Assembly (NCBI RefSeq): GCF_016432865.1
Contig: NC_067399.1
Span: 20,274,001-20,338,000 of the forward strand
Source of the DNA: Antechinus flavipes
Taxonomy: Eukaryota
Reading direction: 5' to 3'
DNA length: 64,000 bases
The notes below the pieces were generated by a model. That model was not told the origin of the DNA and did not search any database. It saw only the letters and a program-made list of their open reading frames with translations. A program made the position numbers and the translations under genes. The first letter of the stretch is position 1. Each line of letters starts with the position of its first letter. Shown piece by piece: positions 24,931 through 37,239 of this stretch.

Positions 24931-26959
24931 TTTCTTCTCCCCTTCAATCAAAGCCTTTCATTACTCATTCTTTAAATAAGACCAAACCAAAATTGGAGAG
25001 TACATCTCCTGAGGACAACAGATAAGGGAAACTTGTAAGTTGTAAAAAAAAATCTACAGGACAGAAACCCAGAACCACAACATTTCAAAGTTGAAAGAGA
25101 TCTTGGCCATTACATAATACAAGCCATATTCTGAAACCATCCTCAGGGCAATATATAAGATCTTTATTTTAGTCCCTTTCCCTTTTTCAAAGGGGAAAAC
25201 ATTGAAAGGTTTGAGGCAGGTTTGAGTCCCATGGATACCTCCCTCTGGAAAGTTAGGGCATTCTCACTGACATCTGGTCAAGAGGATAAGGCTTCAGAGA
25301 TGGTGGATGGCTTGGAGGTAACTTGTCGGCCAGGGCTCTAGGGAGAATGGACTCTCATCACAGGGGCCATGTCTCTCTGCCTGCCTGTGAAAGGTGCTTT
25401 CAGGCTGTTTTCAAAGTTTTTTCTTTCCCTTTTCCTGTTCAAAAGTCAATGGACACTACACAGCAGACCTGGGTCCTATTATGAGGGAAGCTAAGCTTGT
25501 GCATGTATGTAGTTTCCTGCTCCCAGGAACTACTGATGTCTGCCTCGGGGTGGAAGCTCCTGGGTCTTCCATGTGCTCATTCAAAGCTTTCTCACCCCCT
25601 TAACTTGAGATGAGCATCATTGATAATGGACTTTTACAAGAAATTACATGGGCCAAGGCCATTTTGAGTCTCTCTAGATAAACACAGCAGAAAGGGACTT
25701 GTGCTTGCTGTGGAGCGGTGTCGAAGGATACTGTTCCTTTAGTCAGGAGATTCCTGTATCAGAAAAACAATCTCAGAATCTAAGAATGGAAGCCTTCTGC
25801 AACAGCCATCTTTAGGGATTGTCTTTAGAGGCTCCTCAGTTCTGAAAGTTCAGGGATTGGACCTTGCGGAGAAAGAAGTATATTTCCCTAGCTCTGTGTT
25901 GGAGACGAGCATGATGGTCCTTGAAACTGGATAGCAAAGCCCCGGCAGGGAGGAATCTCTCCACACCTTTCTGTTTCAGTGAATGATGTGGATTCTGGGG
26001 TTCTGATGGGAAGGAAATGCTTGGCTAGCAGCTCCAAAGTGTATTTGCTTTCAGATGGGAGTCTGAGTCCCAGAAAACACTGTGAGGCTGGAAGGAACTA
26101 TTTTGGATCAATGGGACAACTAGGGATGCAGGAGAAAGGAACGTTGGAAATCATTGCTCACCCCAAGTTTTGCCTTTCAATGGGAACTGCCAATGGATAT
26201 TGATGCTGATGGGTTTTTTTGGTGTATTTAAGTGTCTTTTAAAATTTTTTTATGAGTTCCCAGAAGTCCTTCACAACTTTTGCATTTTATGTGAAGGCCA
26301 TTCTCCCTCCAATATACATTTGTTACCTTGAGAGGTATATGGATGAAAACTTGATGAAAACTTACACGTGAGCTCCACTTTGAAATATTCCCAGAGGAAA
26401 CTGTCAGTGAAGTTGCTATTGAGAAGACTGGCATCTCTTGGTCTCTTTAAGAAATTACATGGGCCAAGACCATTTTGAGTCTCTCTAGATAAACACAGCA
26501 GAAAGGGACTTGTACTTGCCCAATTGGCTATGGAAGAGTGTTGAAGGATACTTCACACACTTAGCACAGTGTACTTAGCATAGTGACTGCATGTAGTTAG
26601 TGTTTAATAAATGTTTATTGATTGATCTTCTTGATTTTAGAAGGTGATTCTCAGGATCACGTGGACCCAGAGTACCGTTTCTACCCTAAATTTTCATCTG
26701 TAGTCTAAATTTTCAGTGATCTTATTACCTGCAGATATTTATCAAGTTATCCATCTATGAGTAATATTCATTAAGCACTTTCTATGTTCCCGGCAGTATG
26801 ATGGGGATACAGTCCTGAGTTGAAATAGAACTCATTCTAATGGAACAAATGACACATAGGTATTTATGAATGGATCAAATACATACAAAGTAATTAGTAG
26901 GGAAGGCTCTAGCCGTTGGGGGAAGAGGAATGGCGAAGGGGATGAAATGGAAAGGCATT

Positions 26960-27268
26960 AGCTACACCCAAAGAAAGAACACTGGGAAATGAATATAAAC
27001 TGTTTGCATTTCTGTTTTTCTTCCCGGGTTATTTATGCCTTCTGAATCCAATTCTCCCTGTGCAACAAGAGAACTGTTCGGTTCTGCACACATATATTGT
27101 ATCTAGGATATACTGTAACCTATTCAACATGTAAAGGACTGCTTGCCATCTGGGGGAGGAGGTGGAGGGAGGGAGGGGAAAAATCGGAACAGAAGTGAGT
27201 GCAAGGGATAATGTTGTAAAAAATTACCCTGGCATGGGTTCTGTCAATAAAAAGTTATTTAAAAAAAA
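26960..27268 (+). mobile_element. Young 5'-truncated LINE-1 (3' UTR only) with a 16-bp TSD
   Basis: GAAATGGAAAGGCATT at 26944-26959 and 27269-27284. The insert is close to the reverse complement of the L1 3' UTR at about 54460-54745 and ends in AATAAA plus a poly(A) tail. Confidence 0.92.
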
Positions 27269-28189
27269 GAAATGGAAAGGCATTGTCCGGAAACCAACAC
27301 TAGATCTACATCTTGAGGGAAGCTTTTCTAAGATCTTTCTAAGATTACCCCAGTCAGTCAAAAAAAAATTAATTAAGGACCTAATATGTGCCAGGTACTA
27401 TGCTATGAACTAGGCATAAAAAAGAAGCAAAAAAAGTTCCTGGTCTTCAAGAACTTACAATTTAACAGGAAACACAACAAGCCAACAAAATATGCTACAA
27501 ACAAAATAATCAGGGGATAATCAAGAGATGGAAAGCACAAGATTAAGAAGACGGGGTAAAGGCTTTCTCTAAAATGTGGGATTTTTTTTTTTTTTTTTGC
27601 TGATTTAAAGGAAGCCGAGGGATTAGTAAATTGGAATGAGAAGAGAGAAAGTCCCAGATAAGGGGGACAGCCAGAGAAACTGCCTGGAATATAGAAATTG
27701 AGCATGTTATTGCTGGACCGGTTAGGAGAGCAGTGTCATTGAGCCAGGGTGTGTGTGTGTGATGTAGAATAAGGTGAAAGGAGACTAGAAAGGCAGGAGA
27801 ACAGGAGGATTTTGTATTTGATCTTGGAGGTGATGGGGAAGCAATAGTTTATTAAGAAGGGATGTGATGGGCAAGTCACAACCCTAATTGTCTCAGCAAA
27901 AAGAAAAAAAAGAAAGGAGGTGACTTGGAAAGATCTGGTCTTTAGGAAACTTGAAGTTAAATGGAGAATAGATCAGCATGGGGAGAGACTAGAGGCAAAC
28001 GGACTCAAAGCAGGTCATTGCAATATTCTAGGACAGATGAAAAGATGCTGGTTTGGGAAGCCTAGTCCAGAATAAAGGAATTGATGATGCTCCTGACCTC
28101 AGGGCTGTTTACATCCTGTCCAGGATGTCATGGGCTGTTCTGGGAACTATACAAAGAGAGAGACATTGGGGTTTAAAATAAGTACCATC

Positions 28190-29300
28190 CCAGCTGTGAT
28201 CCAGTCCTCCATTCAGTCCCTGTGGAGTCTGGTCTGGTCTCTGGGAGAGAAAGATTGTCGGGTGTGACACCGAAATCTCCCCTCACGGCCCTCCTGAGAC
28301 ACCAGGAGATTGCCCTTGGTCTGTATTTATTGGCGTATGCTTGATTTAGGGAGTTTTGTTTTGTTCTAATGGTCCTAGCCCTTTGGCAAAGATGGGGCAG
28401 TCCTCTTGCATGTTATTTTTGTCTGTGTCTGCATCTTTGTGCAGAATATTTGTTCTGTGAGCTAGATTCTGTTACCTGGAAAGATTTAAAATCCAACAAG
28501 CAAGAGAAAAAAAAAACTCCTGTGCTGTAGTTAGAATTCTGGGAAAGATTTTTTAATATCCTTGACTCCCACCTTAAAAGGAACTTTTAAAAAAGCCTCA
28601 CTTGTTCCTGTGGATCTCAGCTCTGGCCAAACTGGGGACTACAGAAATAAAGTCAGCTAATTAAAATTAAAGTAGCATCTTAGATTTTCTGAGTTTTGAG
28701 AACAATGATTAAGGAGTTTGGCAATTAGTCATTTTAAGATTGCAAGAAAAAATTGGGGATAATTCCAGGAATTGACTCCATTCTGAAAGAAAAAACAAAG
28801 TAGGTAAAGAGCAATATTTTGCTAAGCCTTCCTTGATTCCTATTTTTCCAGAGTCCCCTCCTGCTCCTTTGGGAAAGCACCCCAGAAAGTATTAAGGGAC
28901 CCTCTCCACTCCACTCCCCAAAGTGTTGAATGTGGTGATTGCTAACTAGATCTGTATAGCCCTAGAGTTTGCAAACTCCTCTCAAGATTAAGAAAAGAGA
29001 ATGCTAAAATCTGCCTCTGGAGAAATAAGGGAAGCAGCAACAGCTGTGGGGACCCCACACGACCTCGCCCAAACACCTCCCCAGCCCAGCTAGGGGGAAA
29101 GGGGATGTAGTGGGGGTCAGCATTCCCTGAGGCCTGAGCCCAGAACCAGCTACCCCAGCCTTCAGCAAATTCAGCTCCCCAGGAAAAATCCGGGTACCCC
29201 TAGTACCACCCAGCATGGCAGTGTGAGGTCAGTCAGCCAGTCAGCCTCTGCATTTGGTCAGTCCATTCTCTACTGAAGATATGTATTAACTATTGTAATG
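28190..29300 (+). mobile_element. Possible degenerate ERV/LTR-element internal remnant
   Basis: Composition and leader-like motifs resemble ERV 5' internal sequence; no ORF or termini identified. Confidence 0.3.
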
Positions 29301-29495
29301 TATTGATTATGTAATTTATGGCAAATTATTTTATTTCTGCCCAGTTTTCTGATTTGTAAAGGGAAATAGTCATGGTTGTTGTGCAGATCACATGATTGCA
29401 AAGGTACTTAGCAGAAAACAAACGCTTATGTGAATGTTAGCTGCTTTATTGGATCTCATTGCTTCATATTTGATTTTATTTGAGATACGATAGTA

Positions 29496-29646
29496 GGGGC
29501 AGCTAGAGGGTGCAATGGATAGTGTACCAGTCCTGAAGTCAGGAGGATCTAAATTCAAATTTTAATTTCTAGCTGTGTGACCCTAAGCAAGTCACTTAAC
29601 CCCAAATGCCGCAGCTAAAAAAAAAAAAGAAAAAAGAAAGAAAAAA
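29496..29646 (+). mobile_element. Short tRNA-head CORE SINE (WSINE1/MAR1-type) with poly(A) tail and TSD
   Basis: GGGGCAGCTAG...GTCAGGAGGA...GTCACTTAACCCC followed by a poly(A) tail. Flanks are AGATACGATAGTA (29483-29495) and AGATATGATAGTA (29647-29659), one CpG-type mismatch. Confidence 0.85.
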
Positions 29647-30355
29647 AGATATGATAGTAAAAGTAATTTTAAAGGAGCTCTAATCAAAGCTTACTAAAAG
29701 AATGTGCAAATTGTAATCTATTTGCACTGACTGTTAACAGAAGATTTAAGAGTTTGAGAACTTTAGGAAAAAATAATAATTCACTGCTACCTTAAAATCT
29801 CTGGCAAAGAACAGCCTGCTTTTGAATGATCTCGAGTCAGATTTCTGTCAGTAAAAATTGGCACTTTAACCTGTTCCTGGCTTACAGAAGAGAAATAGTT
29901 CATGTGCACTGGAAAATAACCAATGGCAATTGAGTTTGCCTGGAACATTTAATTAGAATTTAGGGAATCTCATGAACTGCAGTCAATTTAAAAATCTGGT
30001 CTATCTCAATTTTAAGAATTATCTTGTTTTCTTCCCCAAAAAGGGAAATTTATTTAAGGAAATAAAAATCCTCCTCTCAGGACCCCAAGTGGGTCTTATT
30101 GGCTCAGCCGTCCTGCCCCCCTTTCCCTTCAAAGCTAACTGCAGAAGGGTTGAATGGGCTAGACTGACTTGAAAGGGCAGTTTTCTGCCACCTTGAATTT
30201 TGGGGCTGTGAATGTTTAAATTGGAATTCTGATTCTTAAATTGTAGGAGATAATTTCTCTTAACTGGTACATGCTAAATTTGTTCTGGGTATAAGATCGG
30301 AGAAGTTTGTTCAAATATTGCAGTATTATACTGGAAATTTAAATCTAAATTTGAA

Positions 30356-30790
30356 TTCCAGGAATTAATGGAAAGACAGAGGGTTTTTTCAGGAAAACGT
30401 GGCTCCCCTGACTGGAATCCCCTCCTTCTCCAAGGCCAGGCCTCTGACTCTACACCTTTCCCAGCAGGAAGTTCCCCCATTCCTGTGAGTTCCCTCTTCC
30501 CCCCATCGCCAACCTTCCCAGAAAGTTCCCCTGGCTGTGGGAACGGGGCAGCTGGGGAGCTTTGGGCAGGAGCCAGTCATGGGTCTCTACCTCACCCTGG
30601 GGGAAGAACCCGGGGCTCCTCTCTGCTCCTGACCCCAAAGTGAGGAAGACCTCGCCTCTTCCAGGAAGCCCCTGCCCCTCCCCAGCCCCTGTGCTCGGCC
30701 CTCCCTCCTCCCGGCCCTGCCCCCATAGTGGGCCCTGTCCCTATAAAGGTTCCATCCTCTTCTGCTCAGACACAGGATTCCTTCAGGCCG
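30356..30790 (+). promoter_or_regulatory. REG-D promoter: GAS sites 30356-64, 30515-23, 30659-67; TATA 30742-47; exon 1 ends 30790
   Basis: TTCCAGGAA, TTCCCAGAA and TTCCAGGAA; CCTATAAAGG; donor G|GTAAGT at 30791. Confidence 0.85.
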
Positions 30791-31173
30791 GTAAGTGAGG
30801 GGGAGCAGGTCTGGGAGACTGAGCTCTGGAGGCTGGCTCTGGAGACCGTTCCCTTCCCAGGGGGGAAAGGAGGCAGCCGCTCCAGGAGGCCGTTACCTTG
30901 GGGGAAAGGCCAGGAGAGGGTCATTTCTAACAGAAGGGTCTCTGCTCACTGGTCCGCCCCTCCAGTAGCTCCCAGATTCTGTCCTGCTCCTGGAGTCTGC
31001 AAATTCCCTGAGACCCCAAGAAGGAGAGAGGACAGAAATCATCCCAGCCTGGGCCCAGAGAACAGGAGCAGCACTATGAGTCTATTGAGGAATAGGCTGC
31101 CATCCTTGTCCCCTTCTCCCCATGGCCCTTGGGCGGGAGATCAGGGTTTCTCTCGTCTCCTCCCCAGAATCAG

Positions 31174-33435
31174 ATGACGCTCTCTGCCATGATGTCCCCC
31201 AGCTTCTCAGGGCTGCTCCTTGCCTGCCTGCTGCTCCCCTGCCTGACACAAGGTGGGTCCCTCAGGCCTCCCTCTGACTGCCCACCTGGCCTAGAACAGG
31301 GGCTTGGACATAGAGGGAAAGGGAAGGGGCTGGAGAGCAGCAAGGGGGGCACCGTGGGACAGAGAAGAAGGGGTTGGGGGTCTGTAGGGTTCAAAGCCTG
31401 ATGTCCAGGGAGCAGGAACCTCAGCTGTGCTCCCCTGCAGCTTCTCTCCTCCCTCCCCAGGCCATCAGGAGGCCCCTGAACCCCCCTCTGCCAGGAGCTC
31501 CTGCCCCCAGGGCTTTGGCTTCCATGGCTCCCACTGCTATGGAGTATTGGGTCCTGAGGAGACCTGGAACACTGCCGAGGTGGGTGCTGGACAGGGCCCC
31601 TGGGAGGGGGCGGGGTCTGTCTCCCTATCCCAGGTTCCTTGGGGTCATCAGTGTGGCCTCCATGAGTCCCTAAGCCCTCACCCGTGACCCAGACCTTCAC
31701 TTCTCAGGGGACTCCAGGGCTTTGCTCCCCTTTTTGGTGTTTCTTACCCCCACTTCCCACAAAAAACCCCTGCCCCCCACAGCCATCTCCCCATGGTCCC
31801 TTTAGCTTCTTCTCTTCCTCTATTGACCACCCTGTCCCCGAGGCTCCCAGGAGCCTTCTCCTGCCTCCTTCGCCCCCGGCCCCACACATTTACCCAGCCC
31901 CGCTCCCTCCCTCCGCAGCTGCTGTGCCAGGGCTACCCCTCGGGCCATCTGGGCTCCCTGCTAAACGAGGCCGAGGCCACCTTCGTGGCCACCATGATCA
32001 AGGAGAACGGGGTTGAGGACCCCGTCTGGATCGGTCTGCACGACCCCAACAAGGTATGTCCGAGGGGCTGACCCCGTCCGAGTCCTGGAGAGAAGGACTT
32101 TCTCCTTCTCTCCACTATGTGTGTGTGGAGCTGATGGGAAGGTGGTTCATATAGTTCTTGGAGGTTCAGGACTCTGAGAAAAGCACTCGAATTAGGGAAG
32201 CAAGTGAGTAGAAAAGGGGCAGGAGCTTGGAGGGTCATGGGGAGAGTCGGCACTGGGTCCTGGGCCGGAGGGAGTCTGCACTTCCACCCCCAGCATTTTA
32301 TTACTCACCTATGCCTCATCTGAGTCCACTGTCACTGCCCATCCCTTTGGTTCGATGGGAAATTTTTTCTGCCCATTTCTGGGCTGAGTTCCCAGCATCC
32401 CCCATATGGGACTTCTCAGTCACCACCCTCATGGAGACCAGGGTCACAATAAGGAAACCTCGCATCGGGGGAACAGCCCAATGCAATCTGGGCCTAAGTC
32501 TCCCCAAGAGACCCCTCAGAGAAGGGCCTGGGCCAGAGCCAGGCAGAAGAGTGGCAGGAGTCGGAAGGTTTTCTGGCAGAGGGAGAGAGGGTCTGGGTCT
32601 CCCAGAGAGAACGTGATGGACAGGCTGGAGCTGACCAGTGGCAGAAGCAGCAGCCGGGGCCACAGCACCTGGGAAGATTTAGGGAACAGAATGAGCCCGG
32701 GTTGGGAGGTCTGGGCTAAATAAGGTGCAGCTGGTCTGTTTATGATAAGGAGTTATTATATACAAGAGGTAGATGGGGGGGTGTCTCACTCTTCCCTAAC
32801 CGCTCCCTTCCCGATCCTTTCCCCCAGAATCGCAGGTGGAAATGGAGCAGCAACGCCCTTTACCTCTACAAGGCCTGGGGGGAGGGCTTCCCAGTGAACG
32901 ACGAACCCTACTACTGTGTGAGCCTGACTCCTGAGTCTGGTGAGCTCCAACCCTCCCCTCTGGCAGCTACACAGAAGCATCCTCTTCTCCTTGGATTGTC
33001 TGAAAGCCTGGGGGCATAGGGGCACCTCCCTCCAAGAATATGAGAATGACTCCTCTCTTGCCCTCCCCTCTTTTCCTTTTCTCTTTTCTTTCCCCCTAAT
33101 TTATCATCTTCTTTCCTCTCTTCTCCAATTCCCAACCTTCTTCCATCTTAGCTTTCTTTCCTTTTTCTTCCTCTTCCTCTTCTTCTGCTTCCCTCCTTCC
33201 TTGTCTTCTATTTCCCTCTTTTTTTCTATCTTCATTCTCCTTTCTTCTTGTTACCTCAAGAACTGTCTTGAATGAGGAGACCCTGTGGCCTGGAAGCCAC
33301 AATCACCAGAATGGGGATCTCTTGCCCTACGTTGTCCCTCAGCTGAACCCAGACTCTCTCTCCACAGGATTCCAGAATTGGAAAAATGAAGCTTGTAAGG
33401 AGAAGAACATCTACCTCTGCAAGTTCAGACCTTAA
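31174..33435 (+). CDS. REG-D: REG-family secreted C-type lectin, 170 aa (165 aa from the second ATG at 31189)
   Basis: Exons 31174-31252, 31461-31579, 31919-32053, 32828-32939, 33368-33435 (79+119+135+112+68), GT-AG and open. Protein: ...PCLTQG-HQEAPEPPSAR-SSCPQGFGFHGSHCY...WIGLHDPNKNRRWKWSS...YYCVSL...WKNEACKEKNIYLCKFRP. AATAAA at 34003 is conserved in E (42310) and F (49305). Confidence 0.95.
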
Positions 33436-36400
33436 AGGGGATCAGACAGAAGAAGAGCTTGGAATTCGGCTGCTTGCATCCAAGCACAGCCGAGGAGGGC
33501 CGCGGCCATCATCTCTCTGCCCTCCCAGAGCATCTTCTTTCCATCATCCTTCCTCATCAGCACCACCCTCCCTTCTGTTATCTGACCACTCTCGCCACTT
33601 CTCCTGTTCCTGTTCTTCTCTTCACCCTCCACTGCACTCAGCACTACCTGCCCAAGTGCCTTTTATTTTCCATACCACAAATAGCTCAAAGTTGATACAA
33701 AACCTAAATATAAATGGTCACACTGTTGTTAAAAAGTAGAAAAGTTCCAGTTTAAGTTCCTTTCAGAAATCTTGGGAATGTGAGAGTTCTCAACCAAGGA
33801 GTCAAAGAGATCATTCAAGACAAAAATGTCATCCCTTGAAATTTGAAATCCAAGTTAGATTTTAGGGGATGAATTTCTGCTTTTTTCTGTGTTGTGGGAA
33901 TGGTAGAGACTGTGGTCTCCTTTGTGATCTTCTTCTCATAATCAAGGTGCTCTGTTTGTGGCTAGTTCTGTTGTAGACATTTCAAATGGTTATGTATCTT
34001 TGAATAAACTACTTTCTGACCTGATCCTCTGAATTATTTAAAGACTCACTGGTTTTTAAGCATGATGGCGCTTCATGGTTTATAAAAAACATTGCTCATT
34101 TCCATCTTTAATACCATCTCCAATTTTAGTGATGAGGAAAGTGGGGGTGAGAGAGATTCCCAGCATCATAGTTAGGAGGACTTGAACCTCTCTGTCTTTG
34201 GATTTCACATCTGGTCAGGTAAGGTGTCAGAGAGGCAGGACCCATCACCTTATTTAAATTCAAGTGAGAGTGGTCCCTTTCATGGATCTTTCTTTACAAA
34301 ACTCACTTTTTTGGCCTTCTCTCAATGTGTCTTAATCCATGTTGTCCCTGAGATCTCCTTCATTTGAGCCTGCGGTTGCCACAGAACCTTTTGGGGCAGG
34401 AGCCCCAGAGTCTGATGTTTTGCACCCAGAAGTCCCTGGCCTGCTTGACCCATAAAGAGTCTTGTATTTGGCTTTATGCCATCTTTTCTTGGTCTTCCCA
34501 ACTTCGTCCTGCTGGAGGCCTCTGGGATTGATGCATCTGGAGTTTTTATTCTCTTCTCAATCTCTGTACGTGTCACGTTGGAAGGACCACGTGGAGAAGC
34601 TGATTGTTGAGGCAGGTTCTCCTCTGAGAAGAAGCAATTTGTGCATTAAGTTACACCTTCACTTTGATCTCTTGATATTCTAAGCTTTCACCTGGATTTA
34701 GTCTCAGAATGAGCTAAATGCCCTTGAATTGGGTCCCATTGTCCTGGTCCCCTGCCTCATGCCAGTCCCTCACAGTGGCAGGGAGCATATTTCTGCCTCT
34801 CCTCATATCAAAAATGGTATTGATTATTGTCCCTGCCTCTAAAAGCTTAAGGCCCTTCTTCAGTCTTTGGCCATGTTTACTGAGCAAAGATGTATTACCT
34901 GCAGGAAAGAATCACCACAGCAGAGATGTCCAGAGTTGTGGAAAAAAGGAGCAACCATCGTCTTCAGAGAATGAAGACACACGTGTGTGTGTGTGTGTGT
35001 GTTCAGTATTCTTGGAATATTTCTTTATTCCTTCCCAGTAAAAGTAATAAGATTGTGGAGGAGCAGCCCCCCATATCTCTTTACTTAACCACTTTTGCTT
35101 TGAGACTTTGTTGGGAGAGTCACTGTTCAGTGTGAGAAACAGTGTGGACATTAACACTTAAGTAAGGTCCCTGGGAGCTTGCAGTAGCTACTTTCTTGGG
35201 ACTTTATATCCCTATCCACCTCTCCTATTTTTTATTTCTTTATGGCTCAAAATGTGGCGAGTCCATGATAGATGCTGGGGGAACTCAGAGATGTTGAAGT
35301 TTCCTCCAGGTGTGACCTGGAGTTGTGTATTTGAACTCCTGAAATTGAGTTCAATCTCTGATCTCTTGCAAGGGAGTCCACCAGTTGGTCTCAAGAACCA
35401 TTTTTTTCAGAATATGATGGGCCTCAGAAGCCATACACCAAACTTGTTTTAAAGTAGACAATGTTGGCATGATGTAAAAAATAGTGTAAGGAAGACAGCT
35501 GTGCTCCCCTGTATGAGTTTCCTCACCTGGTACTCAAGTCAAGAAAATGTATTTCTTAAGTACCCATAATATACCATCATTATGCTACCAAAAATACAAA
35601 GAGGGGAGCCTCTTCTAAAGGAACCCACAGTCTAATGTGGTGTAGGGGGGTGTTGCTTAATGAAAATTAAAATAGAGAAGCAATTTATATAAAGGATGAA
35701 TTGGAGATAAACCAACCAAGGGGAGTTATTAGAATGAATTGACATTAGGAAAGGCTAGGTACAGAATGTGGGATTTTATCTGGGATTTGAAATTAGATAA
35801 GGAAGACAGGAGAGGGAAGCAGGAGGGAGAGACTTCCAGACATGGAGCTCAGCCAGAGAATATGCATAGAGTCTGGAGACCACTTGTCTTGGGCCATGAG
35901 ATGGATGCTGAGGGTCTCCAGCTGAGTTGAGAAGATGACTGCCATTTTTCTGAATATGTCTTCTGTCACCCAAGTGTGATGTTGGAAGCACACCCCAATT
36001 TTAGGGCAGGTCCCCTAAATAAGAAAATCTATGGTTCCATGTGTTTTATGAGTCTATATTCACTAAAACCCTAACATGTGCTCTTGCATATTTACTAGTA
36101 GAAAAAAGACTTTTGAAGAGATCACATGGTAAGAAGAGGAGCAAGGAAACATTTTTGTCTTTATCTGGGGAAAGTTCTCCCTCATATAGACATAACAGCA
36201 ACAGGAACACAATGAAGAGATCATTCATAAAGGGGAAAAGATATTTTTTTATGTCCAAAAGTCAACTGCTGAGTTTCCTCTCTAGAAACTGGACTAGTTT
36301 CAGCCTAAGCAAGGACAAACTTACAGAGGGATATCCTTGTGGGCCAGGAATGGTGAAATTAAGACCATGATTGATGAGTAATTCAAGCCTCCAAAGGTAC

Positions 36401-37239
36401 AAGGCCAAGGACATCTCTTAGTGATGTCATCAAGGTATTCCCACCTGGTTTGTTTCACATCTAGTAGATACTGCTCCACTAACAGATGGTTCTTGGACTG
36501 AAATGGTCTGCCTTTGCTCTTCTCAGAACAGGAAAGTCTTCTAACAGAGAATTTTGTATTTGATTTTGGAGGCTATAGCCTCCAAACAGAAATTTATAAG
36601 AAGGGATTTGACATGGAAAGATTTTTTTTTACATTTGTGGTTAAATGGAGGAGAGACTAGAGTAGGAAGAAGGTATAGACAAACAGCAGGCCAATTGTCA
36701 ACATGCTAGATGGTCATGATTACTGATCAGAACAAAGGCAGGAATGGTGCCAGTGACCTAAAGATGGGTCACATTCTGGGTTCTTCTGGGAACTGTATTG
36801 TAAGGTAGATCTGGATGTTTAAATTACATCATGGTCTACTGGGGATAATCCAAAATAAATCACCCACTGGGTACTCCAAGGGCTTGTCAGTGTGGTCCAA
36901 AGTTGTGAATTTGTGGAAATCAAATCGATTTCCAATTGCCCAAGTCCTGCTAAAGGGAACACATTTTAAATCTCTAGCAGAGAATTTTCTAAAAAGAAGG
37001 GAGTTGGGAATCAGAAGTAGACATGCAGTAGATGAATGCTGAGTGTCTCCACCTGAGTTGAGATTTGGGGCTATTTATTCAATTTTCTCTTTTTGACATT
37101 TTATAAAGTAATTTATTAATTTGGATTTTTATTAATTTAAAATTGTGATAACTCCTTTTTTTCCTCTGAAAGCACAGCTTAGTAATGGTGTCTAAAATTG
37201 AAAAATTCTAAAATGTTAATATTTTAGAAACACTATTTT

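Noticed and set aside
31170-31700. Long antisense ORFs over REG exons (also 41134-41523, 47200-47595, 47707-48480)
   Set aside because: Expected in GC-rich, stop-poor DNA; the frames are not conserved among the near-identical paralogues.
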